Positions 1 through 10,357 of a stretch of DNA of 64,000 nt are shown in pieces. Numbering within the stretch: the first letter of the stretch is position 1; each line of letters starts with the position of its first letter. The stretch is taken from the IMG/VR virus record IMGVR_UViG_3300042935_001404. One strand, given 5' to 3'. A program made the position numbers and the translations under genes. The notes beneath the pieces are model-generated. The model saw only the letters and a program-made list of their open reading frames with translations. It searched no databases and was not told the origin of the DNA. The DNA is from a virus. Its lineage: Duplodnaviria > Caudoviricetes.

Positions 1-64
1 TTTAAATCTGCATTGCGCGGTATTGAATTGTAGGAGTGCCGGTTAGCAATTGGAATGACAAACA

Positions 65-1084
65 TTATAGATATGTTTCTAAGCCGCCTCGGCGTGTCAA
101 GTCCTGTGTACAGCAACTGATGCCACCATCCCAGAAGTAACTATGACGCAGTTCACTAATAATTGGATTGATACGATGCCGTTTACAGAAATCAAACACA
201 TCTCTGTTGTACGCACTGAAGATAACATTTTCTTCGTCCAGCACTAAACAATTGACATCAAACACTGTTTCGGCAACAAAGCCGGTCCATTTGTTCAAGT
301 ATGTGTCAACAAACTTTGTAAACTCCTGTGTGGGGGTTTGTCCTTGCACATACCATGCTCCAGGGCTTTGTTCGTACTTGAACTTGCCTATTTCCATGGC
401 TGCCCAGATACTGCTATCCCAAATCTTTAGCACTTCCCATCCTGGAAAGTCCTTGGCAAGATCTAAGTTGACATCGTGCTTGCTAGACAAAATAACACCG
501 GGCTTGAGAATAGCAAACACAGCATCGCCGTGGCCGTCTGTTACTGCTTCGTGTATACGATACTCTGGGCCCAAGCAGTTGTCCACAATCCAACGTGTTT
601 GTTCTGGCTTTAGATAATCACTGTTGTCAAAGAATACGTCACGCCCTACACGCACAATACAACTAGCACTTGCTTGGTTAAGAATGCAGTCAGCATCCCA
701 CCGACCGTTATGTGGACTGATCACTTGGTCTGCATATTCTGCACAAATGTCGTCCAGTTCTTCCATTGGTAACACACGCAGTAACTTTTGTCCCAGACTA
801 ATTTGCCAATCACGTGGAGTCAACGGAGGCAAAGGTGCACCACCGTTTTCTGTTTGCCACCACACAAATTGATCCTTGGGTGGTAAGTTGGGACGACGTA
901 CACGAGCACCATAGGTTTCGATGGTCTTTTGCAGGTTGTTTAAATCTTCCTCAGTCTCGGCTAGAATTTGTTGTAGTTGATTGCGCACCTGCGGATTGTC
1001 AATAAAGTCAAAATAATCTGGACTGTAAGCACGACCCACAATAACTTCTTCTAAGGGTTGCCAACTGGTGTAGGAATTAATCAT
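65..1084 (-). CDS. Amidinotransferase (glycine/inosamine-phosphate amidinotransferase, pentein family)
   Basis: N-terminal NSYTSWQPLEEVIVG, internal GHGDA and DVN, C-terminal DGGISCCTQDL match GATM/StrB1-type motifs. Confidence 0.85.
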   Translation of the reverse strand: MINSYTSWQPLEEVIVGRAYSPDYFDFIDNPQVRNQLQQILAETEEDLNNLQKTIETYGARVRRPNLPPKDQFVWWQTENGGAPLPPLTPRDWQISLGQKLLRVLPMEELDDICAEYADQVISPHNGRWDADCILNQASASCIVRVGRDVFFDNSDYLKPEQTRWIVDNCLGPEYRIHEAVTDGHGDAVFAILKPGVILSSKHDVNLDLAKDFPGWEVLKIWDSSIWAAMEIGKFKYEQSPGAWYVQGQTPTQEFTKFVDTYLNKWTGFVAETVFDVNCLVLDEENVIFSAYNRDVFDFCKRHRINPIISELRHSYFWDGGISCCTQDLTRRGGLETYL

Positions 1085-2264
1085 TGTGTATTCTTTCTAA
1101 TAGAGTATTTAATCTGTGGGCTTTTGAGCTACAAAATAACTGTTGGTTGTGTTCAACATCTGATCGGCAAGATTCAAACCAGGTGTGCAAGTCTTGCGAC
1201 TTTAGTTGTGCAATTGTTTTACGCACAGCAATCCAACGTTCAGTATTATCTTGTATTGTATCGTAACTGTTGTCTACGACATGATCAAATGTACGATAAC
1301 CTAGGTCTCGCAATGCAGACAAGGATCCAGGGCATCCTACTACAACAAAAGGTTGTCCGTGTTTGATTGCTTTGAATGTTTTTTCAGTTAAAAACGCACC
1401 ACCTGATCCGTCTGCATCAAAGTGTGTTTCTAATACTATATTACAGTAACTATCTGTAAAATGATTGGTTTCTATTAGGTGATGATCGTTGTGTTGTTCG
1501 TGTGTGAGTGCATCGCATGTGTATGGACCGTTGCTTAAAAACTGTTTGATGTCTTCTCGAATTTCAAGAGTATCAACCTCAATGGGATTGTCAGTTTCGG
1601 CTTCATCTGTCACAATGTCAGTTCCGTAACTCCAGTAACTGTTGTCTAGTAATCCCTCACGGTGTAGGTCTGTCATCACAGTGGCCCTCCACCATTTGTG
1701 TGTTCTGCTTAGTACTGTAAAGTCACGCAATCGTCGATTGGTGTGTACAGGTGTTGGGGGTATTTGTTGATTGCGATGCCAGTATAGAAGTTCGTGATCT
1801 GGAAAATACACAAAGCCTGGAATGCCATTGGCTGCTGTATTGCCACTGACAAACCGGTAGCAGTTGGGTGGCAGCAAATGATTTTGACACAGTTCGTCTA
1901 GTCGATCTTTGATACGGAATGGATTGTCACCTTCGTGATAGTAAAACAGCACAGTTAGTTCTTCTCGACGCAACTGACGTCGTACCACCTCAGTCATTAA
2001 AGCAAAGTAATCAACATCAAAGTTAAAAAAGCCTAGTCCTACTGTGTAGTAAGCACCACTTGTAAGATTGCTAAGATCAGATAACTTATACTTGATGCCG
2101 TGTGTGTTGAAATGTTCGTACAACTCAGCAGGAACTGTATTGGGCCAATGCTGTACAAATTCACGCCATTCTGCAGTGTAAGGTTGTGCCTGCCACCGTG
2201 CTAGTGCAGGATATGCTTTGTTACGAACTACGCGGTCAGCAACAAAGTTATTTGCGTAGTCCAT
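1077..2264 (-). CDS. Putative GT-B/GT10-like glycan-modifying protein (TEKT-x-K-x-I-x4-PF family), paralog 1
   Basis: YCNIVLETHF...FLTEKTFKAIKHGQPFVVVG...LRDLGYRTFDHVVDNSYD; overlaps neighbours in an operon. Confidence 0.55.
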   Translation of the reverse strand: MDYANNFVADRVVRNKAYPALARWQAQPYTAEWREFVQHWPNTVPAELYEHFNTHGIKYKLSDLSNLTSGAYYTVGLGFFNFDVDYFALMTEVVRRQLRREELTVLFYYHEGDNPFRIKDRLDELCQNHLLPPNCYRFVSGNTAANGIPGFVYFPDHELLYWHRNQQIPPTPVHTNRRLRDFTVLSRTHKWWRATVMTDLHREGLLDNSYWSYGTDIVTDEAETDNPIEVDTLEIREDIKQFLSNGPYTCDALTHEQHNDHHLIETNHFTDSYCNIVLETHFDADGSGGAFLTEKTFKAIKHGQPFVVVGCPGSLSALRDLGYRTFDHVVDNSYDTIQDNTERWIAVRKTIAQLKSQDLHTWFESCRSDVEHNQQLFCSSKAHRLNTLLERIHND

Positions 2265-3363
2265 GGAGCATGCTAGTTAGTTCTGGCCATAATACGTTTG
2301 TCAGGCCACCCCTGTAAAAATGGCGGAAGTTGTGTTCCACGAGAGGTAAACACGCACGATGTATTGATTGGCGCTCTCTTGCACTTTGATTGTCTAGATC
2401 TTTTAGTAATCGAGCGACCTTTTCCACACGTAGCACGTCGTCGGTTTCGGCATCATAGCTTTCATCAAATATGTCATCAAAAGTTTTAAATCCGTAACTG
2501 CGCATATACTCTAAGCTGTGGGCAGGTGCAACCAATACAAATGGCATTTCTAATGCAATAGCTTTAAATGTTTTTTCTGTTATGTGTGTTCTGCGTCCAA
2601 AGTATACAGTTTCGGTAGGAACATATACCAAACTGTCTTGTGCTTCTGCATAGTTACCTAGCCAGCAACTGGTCATCTGTTGTGATTCTTCTCCTGCAAA
2701 CAATCTTGGCAAGGCAGCATGTTCAAACACTTGCGAAATATCTGGATATGTGTTACAATACTTGTTGGCCACAACACTTATATCAACATTTTCGTATTGG
2801 CATACTCGTGGCACACTGATATGATTGTGTTCTAAACCTTGTTTGAATACATTATACAAAAACAACACACGATGATCACGCTTGCCACCTACAATACGAT
2901 TGGGACTCATAAAAGTCCGTGTGGGCGCACGATCTCTTGCTCGAGGAATTAAGAATGACTTGTCATAACCGCGGAACCAGTCTTGACAGGCCCAGCCGTG
3001 GTAAAAATAATAGTGACTTTTCCATCCGTATGTTTCACATAGACGTTCAACATACTCGCCATGTTCACTTACAACAACATGACCAAATTGGGTTGGCTTT
3101 ACTTGATTATGTTGATGCCACCACAAATCTATATTCCGTCTTGCTACATCATCAAACAATGGCCGATATTCTTCCGTCCAGCACGGCTCTTGATCGTGCA
3201 TCCATACATAGTCAGTTTCTATAATGTCATCACTGCCCAAGTTAAATAAAGCATCCGGGTCAGTTTGTCCTGGCGGATCACAAAAAAACAATCTCGTACC
3301 TGGTAGATTTTTTTCTATCCAAGGCCAAAAAGTATTATTATAAATCTCGTCTATTCTTATCAT
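2248..3363 (-). CDS. Putative GT-B/GT10-like glycan-modifying protein, paralog 2
   Basis: LVYVPTETVYF...HITEKTFKAIALEMPFV...RSYGFKTFDDIFDESYD. Confidence 0.55.
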   Translation of the reverse strand: MIRIDEIYNNTFWPWIEKNLPGTRLFFCDPPGQTDPDALFNLGSDDIIETDYVWMHDQEPCWTEEYRPLFDDVARRNIDLWWHQHNQVKPTQFGHVVVSEHGEYVERLCETYGWKSHYYFYHGWACQDWFRGYDKSFLIPRARDRAPTRTFMSPNRIVGGKRDHRVLFLYNVFKQGLEHNHISVPRVCQYENVDISVVANKYCNTYPDISQVFEHAALPRLFAGEESQQMTSCWLGNYAEAQDSLVYVPTETVYFGRRTHITEKTFKAIALEMPFVLVAPAHSLEYMRSYGFKTFDDIFDESYDAETDDVLRVEKVARLLKDLDNQSARERQSIHRACLPLVEHNFRHFYRGGLTNVLWPELTSMLHGLRK

Positions 3364-6193
3364 GTTTGATGTATTTTATTCTGGAACAAAGCCCAATTTG
3401 TTTGCGCATGAGCAGGCAGTAGATACCATTGAACAGGCACAACAGCAGAGTCGCACTCGTTTCTTTTGGTTTGTAAATTACTTATCTGACTACACCGGCT
3501 TTGATTTTCTTTGGGAACCTGTGCCTTGGCAAGCACACCAGCGACATGCCTGGGCAAGTCAACACCAACCAGATTCGGGCACATATCTTGTGCCTACAGT
3601 AGGCTACACAGATACAAACTATCACACCGATGTAGTATTGCAAAGAATCAACAATGAAGATTCATGGAAAATACACGAAGCAATAGATCAAGAGTCATGG
3701 GATTGGTCCTGGCATCCTGATCCGGCAGAGCCTCCTTACATCTACGTGTTTGGTAATCAGTGGAACTTTCCTGAATACAAGGCCAGTGTAGAGTATGTTG
3801 TACCTGGAGCGACTGAACGCAAGTACATGGATCTAAAAACAACTAGACTACCGCTGCCGCAGTTATTTGCACATAATCTAGCAGTGAGCAAGTTTGATTA
3901 TTCGTGGGAACCTAATCCGTTTGATCCTCCTTATGTGTATGTGTTTGGCAATCAGTGGAACCCTGGTGTACTAGAGCCCACGATAATTTATACAGTACCC
4001 GGAGCAACAGAACACAAGTATGTAGATGACATTGTGGCCACTGTAGCATCCAGTCCTGCAGACTTTGATGTGTTGCACGATATTGCTGACTTTGATTATT
4101 CCTGGAGACCCAATCCTACAGATCCAGATTACATATATGTGTTCGGCAATGAATGGCACACAGCAGAGATCATGCCCACAGTGGAATATCAAGTGGGCAG
4201 TGCCACTGAACGCAAATATGTAGAATACCCTCGAGCTAAACTGCCACAGCACCGCAATAATAAATGGCACACAGTAGAAGATTGTGATTGGAATTATTCC
4301 TGGATACCAGATCCAGGTGATCCTCCTTACACGTATGTGTTTGGCAATCAGCATTGGTCTGCTGAAATTATGCCTACTGTCACATACACAGTTCCTGGCG
4401 CAACTGAACGCAAGTACATGGATTATCCACGTGCTCAACTGTTAGAAACACACCTACACTGGGACACTATTACACATCATGACTATGAGTTTGATCGATC
4501 TTGGCGACCCGATCCTGGTGAGCCGCCTATGATATATGTGTTTGGCAACCAACACTGGCCTGCAGAGAAAATGCCCGTGTTGCGTTACTGTTCCGAGCCT
4601 GCGGATCAAGACTTGCCCATCAAGTACATGGACTACCCTCGAGCCACACTACTGCCCAACAAAACAATGTGGGTGCTACCTGAGGGTGTGCGTGAAGAAC
4701 ACGTGGACTTCTCTTGGGTTCCTGATCCTGGTGAACCTGCCTACATCTATCAGTTTGCTACACAGTGGCAAAAAACCGGCGGCCCACAGTATCATGTGCC
4801 TGGTGCAACTGAAATCAAGTACCTTGAGCATGTAGAAATCAAAATTGAAACTACCACAGTTCCTATTGTGGAGATTGATCACTTGGATGGTAGTGCAGGT
4901 AACATTCCCGATACCGTCAAACGCATACGTTACTTTGACAACTATAGGGATACACTTGTACGTTTAGCCAAAAGTCTAGTTGGTGAGCATGAGTTTGTAT
5001 GGGTATGTAGCAGTATTTGTGACTACACTGACTTTGACTTTTCGTGGCACCCGGAAAAATGGCAAAGCACTATGCTACATGTATTTGCCTCCAATGAACA
5101 AAAGTTTGGAGATACATTCTACATGCACGTTCCTACATTTGCGGCTCGTGCAGAGAAGAAAGCCCTGTTGGAATGGTACAGCGTAAACTATGTGCCACGG
5201 ATTCGTGTTTCACGCAGACCCATGCCTGTGATACAGCACACAGAAGACAGTCATGTAGATGCAGTCAAGAACGCAACATGGTCAGGTCCATTGGCCACAT
5301 TTACCACAACTGATTGTGTGTCGGATAATGTAGTCACAGTTCCGCTGTGGCGCACTGAAACCAAAACTATTGTGCCATTGAGTAAAGGTGCTGCCAGTGT
5401 GATTGTTCCGCGAGTGGCAGTAGGTGATATTCGTACACAGTTATATGATTACCCGTACATTAATAAAACACAACGCATGGGCAAAGAACATCCGTTGGAC
5501 ATTGTGTTTATAAGCAATGGCGAAAAGTATGCTGGTTTTCATGAACAACAGTTATATCGATCAGTACAAAGAGACGGGCTTGACTGCAATCACATACATC
5601 ATTCTACAGGCGTAAACGGTCGAGTGGCAGCATACCAAGCAGCCGCTAGGTCAAGTACAACACCTTGGTTCTTTGCTGTGTTTGCCAAGCTAGAAGTTGA
5701 TCCCAAGTTTGACTGGACATGGCAACCTGATCGTATGCAACAGGCCAAGCACTACATCTTTCACGCATACAATCCTGTGAATGGATTGACATATGGTCAC
5801 CAAGCTATGATTGCATACAATAAGAAAATGGTGTTGGAGAACGTTGGAGCAGGATTAGACTTTACACTGGATCAACCGCATGAAGTTGTGCCCGTGCTCA
5901 GTGGTGTAGCTAATTATAATGAAACACCTTGGACAGCTTGGCGCACTGCATTCCGTGAAGTGCTTAAATTAAAGGCCAGTCTGCCAGATGTAGAAAGTGA
6001 ATACCGACTCCGTATGTGGCTCAGTAATGCTGGCGAAGTTCCAAATGCAGAATGGAGTCAGTGGGGCGCCGAAGATGCAGTAGAGTACTACGACGAAGTA
6101 GGCGGCGACTTTGCGGCTCTAAAGAAAAGTTACGAGTGGACTTGGTTGGCCAGTTATGCGTTTATGCGACGCAGTTTACAACCTGATCGCTGA
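3362..6193 (+). CDS. 943-aa repeat protein with C-terminal glycosyltransferase-like domain
   Basis: Six FDYSWxPDPxEPPYIYVFGNQW repeats; C-terminal LDIVFISNGE...GRVAAYQAAA...WFFAVFAK domain. Confidence 0.7.
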   Translation: MFDVFYSGTKPNLFAHEQAVDTIEQAQQQSRTRFFWFVNYLSDYTGFDFLWEPVPWQAHQRHAWASQHQPDSGTYLVPTVGYTDTNYHTDVVLQRINNEDSWKIHEAIDQESWDWSWHPDPAEPPYIYVFGNQWNFPEYKASVEYVVPGATERKYMDLKTTRLPLPQLFAHNLAVSKFDYSWEPNPFDPPYVYVFGNQWNPGVLEPTIIYTVPGATEHKYVDDIVATVASSPADFDVLHDIADFDYSWRPNPTDPDYIYVFGNEWHTAEIMPTVEYQVGSATERKYVEYPRAKLPQHRNNKWHTVEDCDWNYSWIPDPGDPPYTYVFGNQHWSAEIMPTVTYTVPGATERKYMDYPRAQLLETHLHWDTITHHDYEFDRSWRPDPGEPPMIYVFGNQHWPAEKMPVLRYCSEPADQDLPIKYMDYPRATLLPNKTMWVLPEGVREEHVDFSWVPDPGEPAYIYQFATQWQKTGGPQYHVPGATEIKYLEHVEIKIETTTVPIVEIDHLDGSAGNIPDTVKRIRYFDNYRDTLVRLAKSLVGEHEFVWVCSSICDYTDFDFSWHPEKWQSTMLHVFASNEQKFGDTFYMHVPTFAARAEKKALLEWYSVNYVPRIRVSRRPMPVIQHTEDSHVDAVKNATWSGPLATFTTTDCVSDNVVTVPLWRTETKTIVPLSKGAASVIVPRVAVGDIRTQLYDYPYINKTQRMGKEHPLDIVFISNGEKYAGFHEQQLYRSVQRDGLDCNHIHHSTGVNGRVAAYQAAARSSTTPWFFAVFAKLEVDPKFDWTWQPDRMQQAKHYIFHAYNPVNGLTYGHQAMIAYNKKMVLENVGAGLDFTLDQPHEVVPVLSGVANYNETPWTAWRTAFREVLKLKASLPDVESEYRLRMWLSNAGEVPNAEWSQWGAEDAVEYYDEVGGDFAALKKSYEWTWLASYAFMRRSLQPDR
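3698..4825 (+). repeat. Six intragenic repeats with a 195-213 nt (65-71 aa) period
   Basis: Repeat starts at 3698, 3893, 4091, 4289, 4490 and 4703; protein motif conserved, DNA diverged. Confidence 0.9.
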
Positions 6194-7268
6194 TGTATTC
6201 AACTTCTAAGTCTGTTAGTTCGGGATAGATAGGCAGACTTAGTACACGACGAGCAAGACTAGAACTTGCGGCCAACATGTCTGGGCCAGGATATGCTCTA
6301 TACAACGGTAGTTCGTGCAATGGGTTTATATAATGTACTCGTGTATCAATCTTGCGCAGTGCAAGATTTGCTCGTAGCGTATCACGTCCATCAACATCTA
6401 TAACAAACTTATGAACAGCATGATTGTGTGCATTGGTATCGTTAATCAAACACCGTATGTCTGTATGTTTAAAACGATCACGCCAATGATCTGCAATCTT
6501 TTGTCTACGTGCTTGCCAATAATCAATATGTCGAGATTTAACCAACATGTGCGCACAGTCCAGTTCGCTCATACGACTGTTGGTACCTGGATTTCGATGT
6601 GTAGGTTTACCATTGTCTCGCCATGCTCGGGCATATTCTGCTAGATCCAAATTGTCTGTAACAACGGCACCACCATTGCCATAACAAGCCAAGTTTTTCA
6701 TAGGATCAAAACTAATTGCCGCACCACCTTTGCCTATTCTTGTGCAGTCAGCCGATAACCAATGTTGTGCGGCATCTTCGATTATAAGAGTATCATGTTG
6801 TACCCATTGATGCCAGGCGCGAACATCACCGTGATGCGTAACTGCGGCACCGTACAATCCAACCATTACAATTGCCTGATAACTTAACCCTGTTGGTATT
6901 GAATTAGTGTTTAATAAACCCTGCGCATCTGTATCAATGATGTGTATATCCCAGCCTGCACGTACGAATGCATTGGCAGTGGCCACATAGGTCATTGCAG
7001 GGATCAACACAGTGGGAGGATGCGGCACAGGAGATTCCATGGCCCAGTAATTGGCTAAGATTTCAAGTGCATGTGTGCCTGAATGGCAAGTTACAGCATA
7101 ACGCACATGATTCTTTCGAGCAAGCCATGCTTCAAACTCCACAGTGTTGTTGCCGTTCATGAGTTGACCACTGCGAAGAACTTCGTCAGTCACATCTAGA
7201 ATTTCTGTGCGGAGATTGTTATACTGTTTTTTTAAACCAGTAAACGGGATTGTAAGTCCAGTATTCAT
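6162..7268 (-). CDS. DegT/DnrJ/EryC1/StrS PLP-dependent sugar aminotransferase
   Basis: IPFTGLKKQY, CHSGTHAL, IIEDAAQ, SFDPMKNLACYGNGG (PLP lysine), NSRMSELD; start refined to MNTGL (ORF track gives 7331). Confidence 0.92.
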   Translation of the reverse strand: MNTGLTIPFTGLKKQYNNLRTEILDVTDEVLRSGQLMNGNNTVEFEAWLARKNHVRYAVTCHSGTHALEILANYWAMESPVPHPPTVLIPAMTYVATANAFVRAGWDIHIIDTDAQGLLNTNSIPTGLSYQAIVMVGLYGAAVTHHGDVRAWHQWVQHDTLIIEDAAQHWLSADCTRIGKGGAAISFDPMKNLACYGNGGAVVTDNLDLAEYARAWRDNGKPTHRNPGTNSRMSELDCAHMLVKSRHIDYWQARRQKIADHWRDRFKHTDIRCLINDTNAHNHAVHKFVIDVDGRDTLRANLALRKIDTRVHYINPLHELPLYRAYPGPDMLAASSSLARRVLSLPIYPELTDLEVEYISDQVVNCVA

Positions 7269-7444
7269 GCATTCTTTGCCCAGGCAATATACCCACCATT
7301 GGCATTGCTCCACGGGCAATACTGTTCCCACAATACAGTTGCTTGCTCTGGATTCTCTTTCATCAAGAGGTCTAGACTATGCCTGGTCTTGTATCCATCA
7401 AGACTCCAGTCATGATTTTTCAATGCAGTTTCTAAGTCATTCAT
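7265..7444 (-). CDS. Small hypothetical protein (MNDLETALKNHDWS...)
   Basis: Fills the gap between the epimerase and DegT genes with overlapping stop/start. Confidence 0.6.
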   Translation of the reverse strand: MNDLETALKNHDWSLDGYKTRHSLDLLMKENPEQATVLWEQYCPWSNANGGYIAWAKNA

Positions 7445-7455
7445 TTTGTTTATCT

Positions 7456-8424
7456 TTAAAAAGTAGTTTGCCAGTAGGAAGATTCGCTCAGCCACTTGTA
7501 GTAATTTTGGAATCCCTCTTCTACATCTACTCGAGGATCATATCCAAGCACAGTCCTTGCCTTCGTGATATTTAATGCACCTCGACTGGGAAAGTCCGCA
7601 TCCTTGTCACGACATTCTATTGTTCCTTTGCCAACAATTTTAACAATCATTTCTGCGGCTTCTAACAAACTCACTGAATGTGATTTGGTGATGTTGTAGG
7701 TCATATTTTTACTCATGATACGAGTTGCGGCAGACACAATGCCGTCGGCCGCGTCATCTACATAGGTAAAGTCTAACGTCTCCCCTGCCCCATTAACTCG
7801 GAGAACGCTGCCTCGCATTGCTGTGAGCATAAATTTTGCAACAACTCGGTCCTCCACATCCAAGGGGCCGTATACAGCACTAGGCCTAATAATAGCGTAA
7901 TCAAAAGCGCCGCGACGATGGTAGTCTTTGACAATGTCTTCTCCTGTTAATTTTAAGATGCCGTATTGGCCAATGGGTCGGCAATTGTAGTCCTCTTCAA
8001 CTTGATCTTCAAAGTCGCCATACACCATTGAACTTGAGATGTATACCACACGTTCTACATTGTGAGTTTTGGCACTCTCACAAATGTTAATCAACCCCTC
8101 CATCATAACTCTAGCACCCCAAGCTGGATTGGCATTTACAACCTTTTGTCGGGGGAAACTTGCCATGTGTATTACTACTTCTGGCTTGTGCTCAGCCATA
8201 ACAAAGTCCATGTCACTGGCATCGGTAATATCGTATGGATAAATTTTGGTGTCTGGCGCAAGTTTTTTCATACGCTCGTGCATTAAATAGTCAATTTCTG
8301 ATTGTGGAATAATACCATAGTTGGTTTTTGTATCCACAATTACAACATTGTCTCCTCGAGCTTGTAAACGTTGTACCACGTTGTGACCAATAAGACCCAG
8401 GCCGCCTGTTACTAATATCTTCAT
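7456..8424 (-). CDS. NAD-dependent epimerase/dehydratase (extended SDR)
   Basis: MKILVTGGLGLIG, ISSSMVYG, YGILK (YxxxK), RPSAVYGP, LDFTYVDD. Confidence 0.92.
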   Translation of the reverse strand: MKILVTGGLGLIGHNVVQRLQARGDNVVIVDTKTNYGIIPQSEIDYLMHERMKKLAPDTKIYPYDITDASDMDFVMAEHKPEVVIHMASFPRQKVVNANPAWGARVMMEGLINICESAKTHNVERVVYISSSMVYGDFEDQVEEDYNCRPIGQYGILKLTGEDIVKDYHRRGAFDYAIIRPSAVYGPLDVEDRVVAKFMLTAMRGSVLRVNGAGETLDFTYVDDAADGIVSAATRIMSKNMTYNITKSHSVSLLEAAEMIVKIVGKGTIECRDKDADFPSRGALNITKARTVLGYDPRVDVEEGFQNYYKWLSESSYWQTTF

Positions 8425-8435
8425 TTCTTTCCTTA

Positions 8436-8786
8436 TTATATTAGATGTTGTGCAAGTACCATGCAACTAATCCAGACCCAAATTGTATTAAACCCTACCA
8501 AAGTTGGCAATGCTTTTTTATTGCTAGCCCAAATAAGTGTTAGACTTGTTGCTAGTGTAAAGAAATACAACCACCAAATAGTAATGCCAAAGATCAAGCC
8601 AGGAACAATAATGGTAGCTTTTGCCGCCCAACTTAAAAACTCTACAGTATTATAGTCAGTCCAATATTCTTTTGTAAACCACATGCCATAACATTCTTTA
8701 ATCTTGACAAATGTGATATGTTTGTAGCTGATTAATATCAATACTGCCCACACAACTGTGCCAGCTAACATTTGATTCTCACTCAT
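8436..8786 (-). CDS. Small membrane protein
   Basis: Three to four hydrophobic segments; operonic position. Confidence 0.65.
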   Translation of the reverse strand: MSENQMLAGTVVWAVLILISYKHITFVKIKECYGMWFTKEYWTDYNTVEFLSWAAKATIIVPGLIFGITIWWLYFFTLATSLTLIWASNKKALPTLVGFNTIWVWISCMVLAQHLI

Positions 8787-9342
8787 ATATTTTTCCTATT
8801 ATAATTGATCCAATGAACATTCCTATAGCATACTCTGCCCATAGTAGTAAACTATCCGTCATATTATCCCATTGTGCGTAGCTAATCCAGTAACCGGCCA
8901 TAATACAAGCAGGCAATAAGCTAGACATTCCTGCAATCATAACAATGATGTTGATACGGGTTGCATGATCCCAAAAGTAATTTAATGCCATTCCAAGTCC
9001 AATGGCTATTATAAAATCTGTTGTTGATGGCACAAAATTTTTAGTGAGCTCTGTGGCCAACACAACCGGAAACTGATAAAAATACAACCATCCGACTACA
9101 ATCAAAATTGACACGTATAGAATTAAATGTATTAAATTTTTTATGTTGTTTCTAACAGCACAAATTACAACTGCCATTGGAAATCCGACTTTGCTAGCAA
9201 ATACCAACAGCAAGGTATTATTAACAAACCCCCAACAACATCCGATACCACACAATATACACAGCAATATCTTGGAAGTCAACGACAAGTCGTCAAGTAC
9301 CGTGAATTTCATGTTTTCTTTAAACTCCATTTTAGTGTCCAA
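8779..9342 (-). CDS. Multi-pass membrane protein, possibly DUF389-like
   Basis: About five hydrophobic helices; IAGMSSLLPACIMAG resembles the DUF389 core. Confidence 0.5.
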   Translation of the reverse strand: MDTKMEFKENMKFTVLDDLSLTSKILLCILCGIGCCWGFVNNTLLLVFASKVGFPMAVVICAVRNNIKNLIHLILYVSILIVVGWLYFYQFPVVLATELTKNFVPSTTDFIIAIGLGMALNYFWDHATRINIIVMIAGMSSLLPACIMAGYWISYAQWDNMTDSLLLWAEYAIGMFIGSIIIGKIYE

Positions 9343-9644
9343 AAAGTTTCGTGTTGTTCGCTAAGTCTGGCCATGATACGATACAGGTGTCCGTAACTAG
9401 ACATATCTGCTTGGCGAGTCCAGTAAGGTTTCTCCACAGCATGTTCCATGATAAATTTACCAGCATCGCTTTGCTGCCATTTCCATATGGGATCGGCTAC
9501 CATGATGTCAGGATCTTCTACATCACCCATGCGTATCTCATGAACACACACGTCACGAAACTTTACGGCCCGGTCATTGATAATTTTGACCTGTTCAGGT
9601 TGCCAGTGTTTGTATTCGTCTGGATAAGTGCTTGTTATTGCCAT
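9309..9644 (-). CDS. Hypothetical phage protein
   Basis: Intact operonic ORF. Confidence 0.6.
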   Translation of the reverse strand: MAITSTYPDEYKHWQPEQVKIINDRAVKFRDVCVHEIRMGDVEDPDIMVADPIWKWQQSDAGKFIMEHAVEKPYWTRQADMSSYGHLYRIMARLSEQHETFWTLKWSLKKT

Positions 9645-9664
9645 ACACTAGTATAGCATGAGGA

Positions 9665-10357
9665 TTAGTTTTTAGCAACCAAGTCGGCTGCCATTGGAAA
9701 GATTGCTGTAATGGCTAGAGCGCAAGCTCTTGCAATTTCCATGTGCTCTTTTTGTGTGCCATTGGCCGCACGTAGTTCAATGTAATGAATCCATGAACGT
9801 AGTGTACCATTCATGTACATACGGCTAATGGTAAGGCCTTCTGGTAGAACAGCACGGGCCTGTTCTTTGGCAATGCCATTTTTAATTGCCCAAGAGTATT
9901 CTTGTTTGACACTAAACAGCACACGCCGCTGAGCACGTTCCCATTCAAATGCAATTAACCGTTGCTGTTCATCTGACAGATCTAGTTCTACACTGTTCTG
10001 ACGATTCCGTGTGTCTTGGAATCGTGCTTCACGCAGAACGAACGCTTCGTCGAGTTCTTGTGTAGGATCAGCATAACGCTGAGAGAACTCTTGAAAACTA
10101 AAACTACGATGACGTAAGATCTGTCTTGCAATATCACGTGTGGTTGTAATTTCCATACAGGCCGAAACCATTTCCAGTGGGCTCCAATGTTGGTGTCGAA
10201 CTAGATACTTGATTAGTCGTTCGCTTGTTTCTGTGTTTAACTGATTGGCAGGATTGCTGACACGGGCGCAATACGCAATTAGTTCTTGCGCATCTGCAAC
10301 ACCCTGGTCAGCAAACTCCGTAGTCGGCTGACTGTACGATACGAGTTGAATTTTCAT
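9665..10357 (-). CDS. thyX: Flavin-dependent thymidylate synthase
   Basis: HQHWSPLE, RQILRHRSFSFQEFSQRY (ThyX motif), EQARAVLP, ANGTQKEH. Confidence 0.97.
   Translation of the reverse strand: MKIQLVSYSQPTTEFADQGVADAQELIAYCARVSNPANQLNTETSERLIKYLVRHQHWSPLEMVSACMEITTTRDIARQILRHRSFSFQEFSQRYADPTQELDEAFVLREARFQDTRNRQNSVELDLSDEQQRLIAFEWERAQRRVLFSVKQEYSWAIKNGIAKEQARAVLPEGLTISRMYMNGTLRSWIHYIELRAANGTQKEHMEIARACALAITAIFPMAADLVAKN

Noticed and set aside
65-1084. Archaeosine (G+) synthase role for the amidinotransferase
   Set aside because: G+ enzymes (ArcS, QueF-L, Gat-QueC) are different folds; this is a pentein-family enzyme located among sugar genes
3698-4825. Diversity-generating retroelement TR/VR pair
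   Set aside because: The repeats differ at all bases and at synonymous positions rather than only at adenines, and no reverse transcriptase is present
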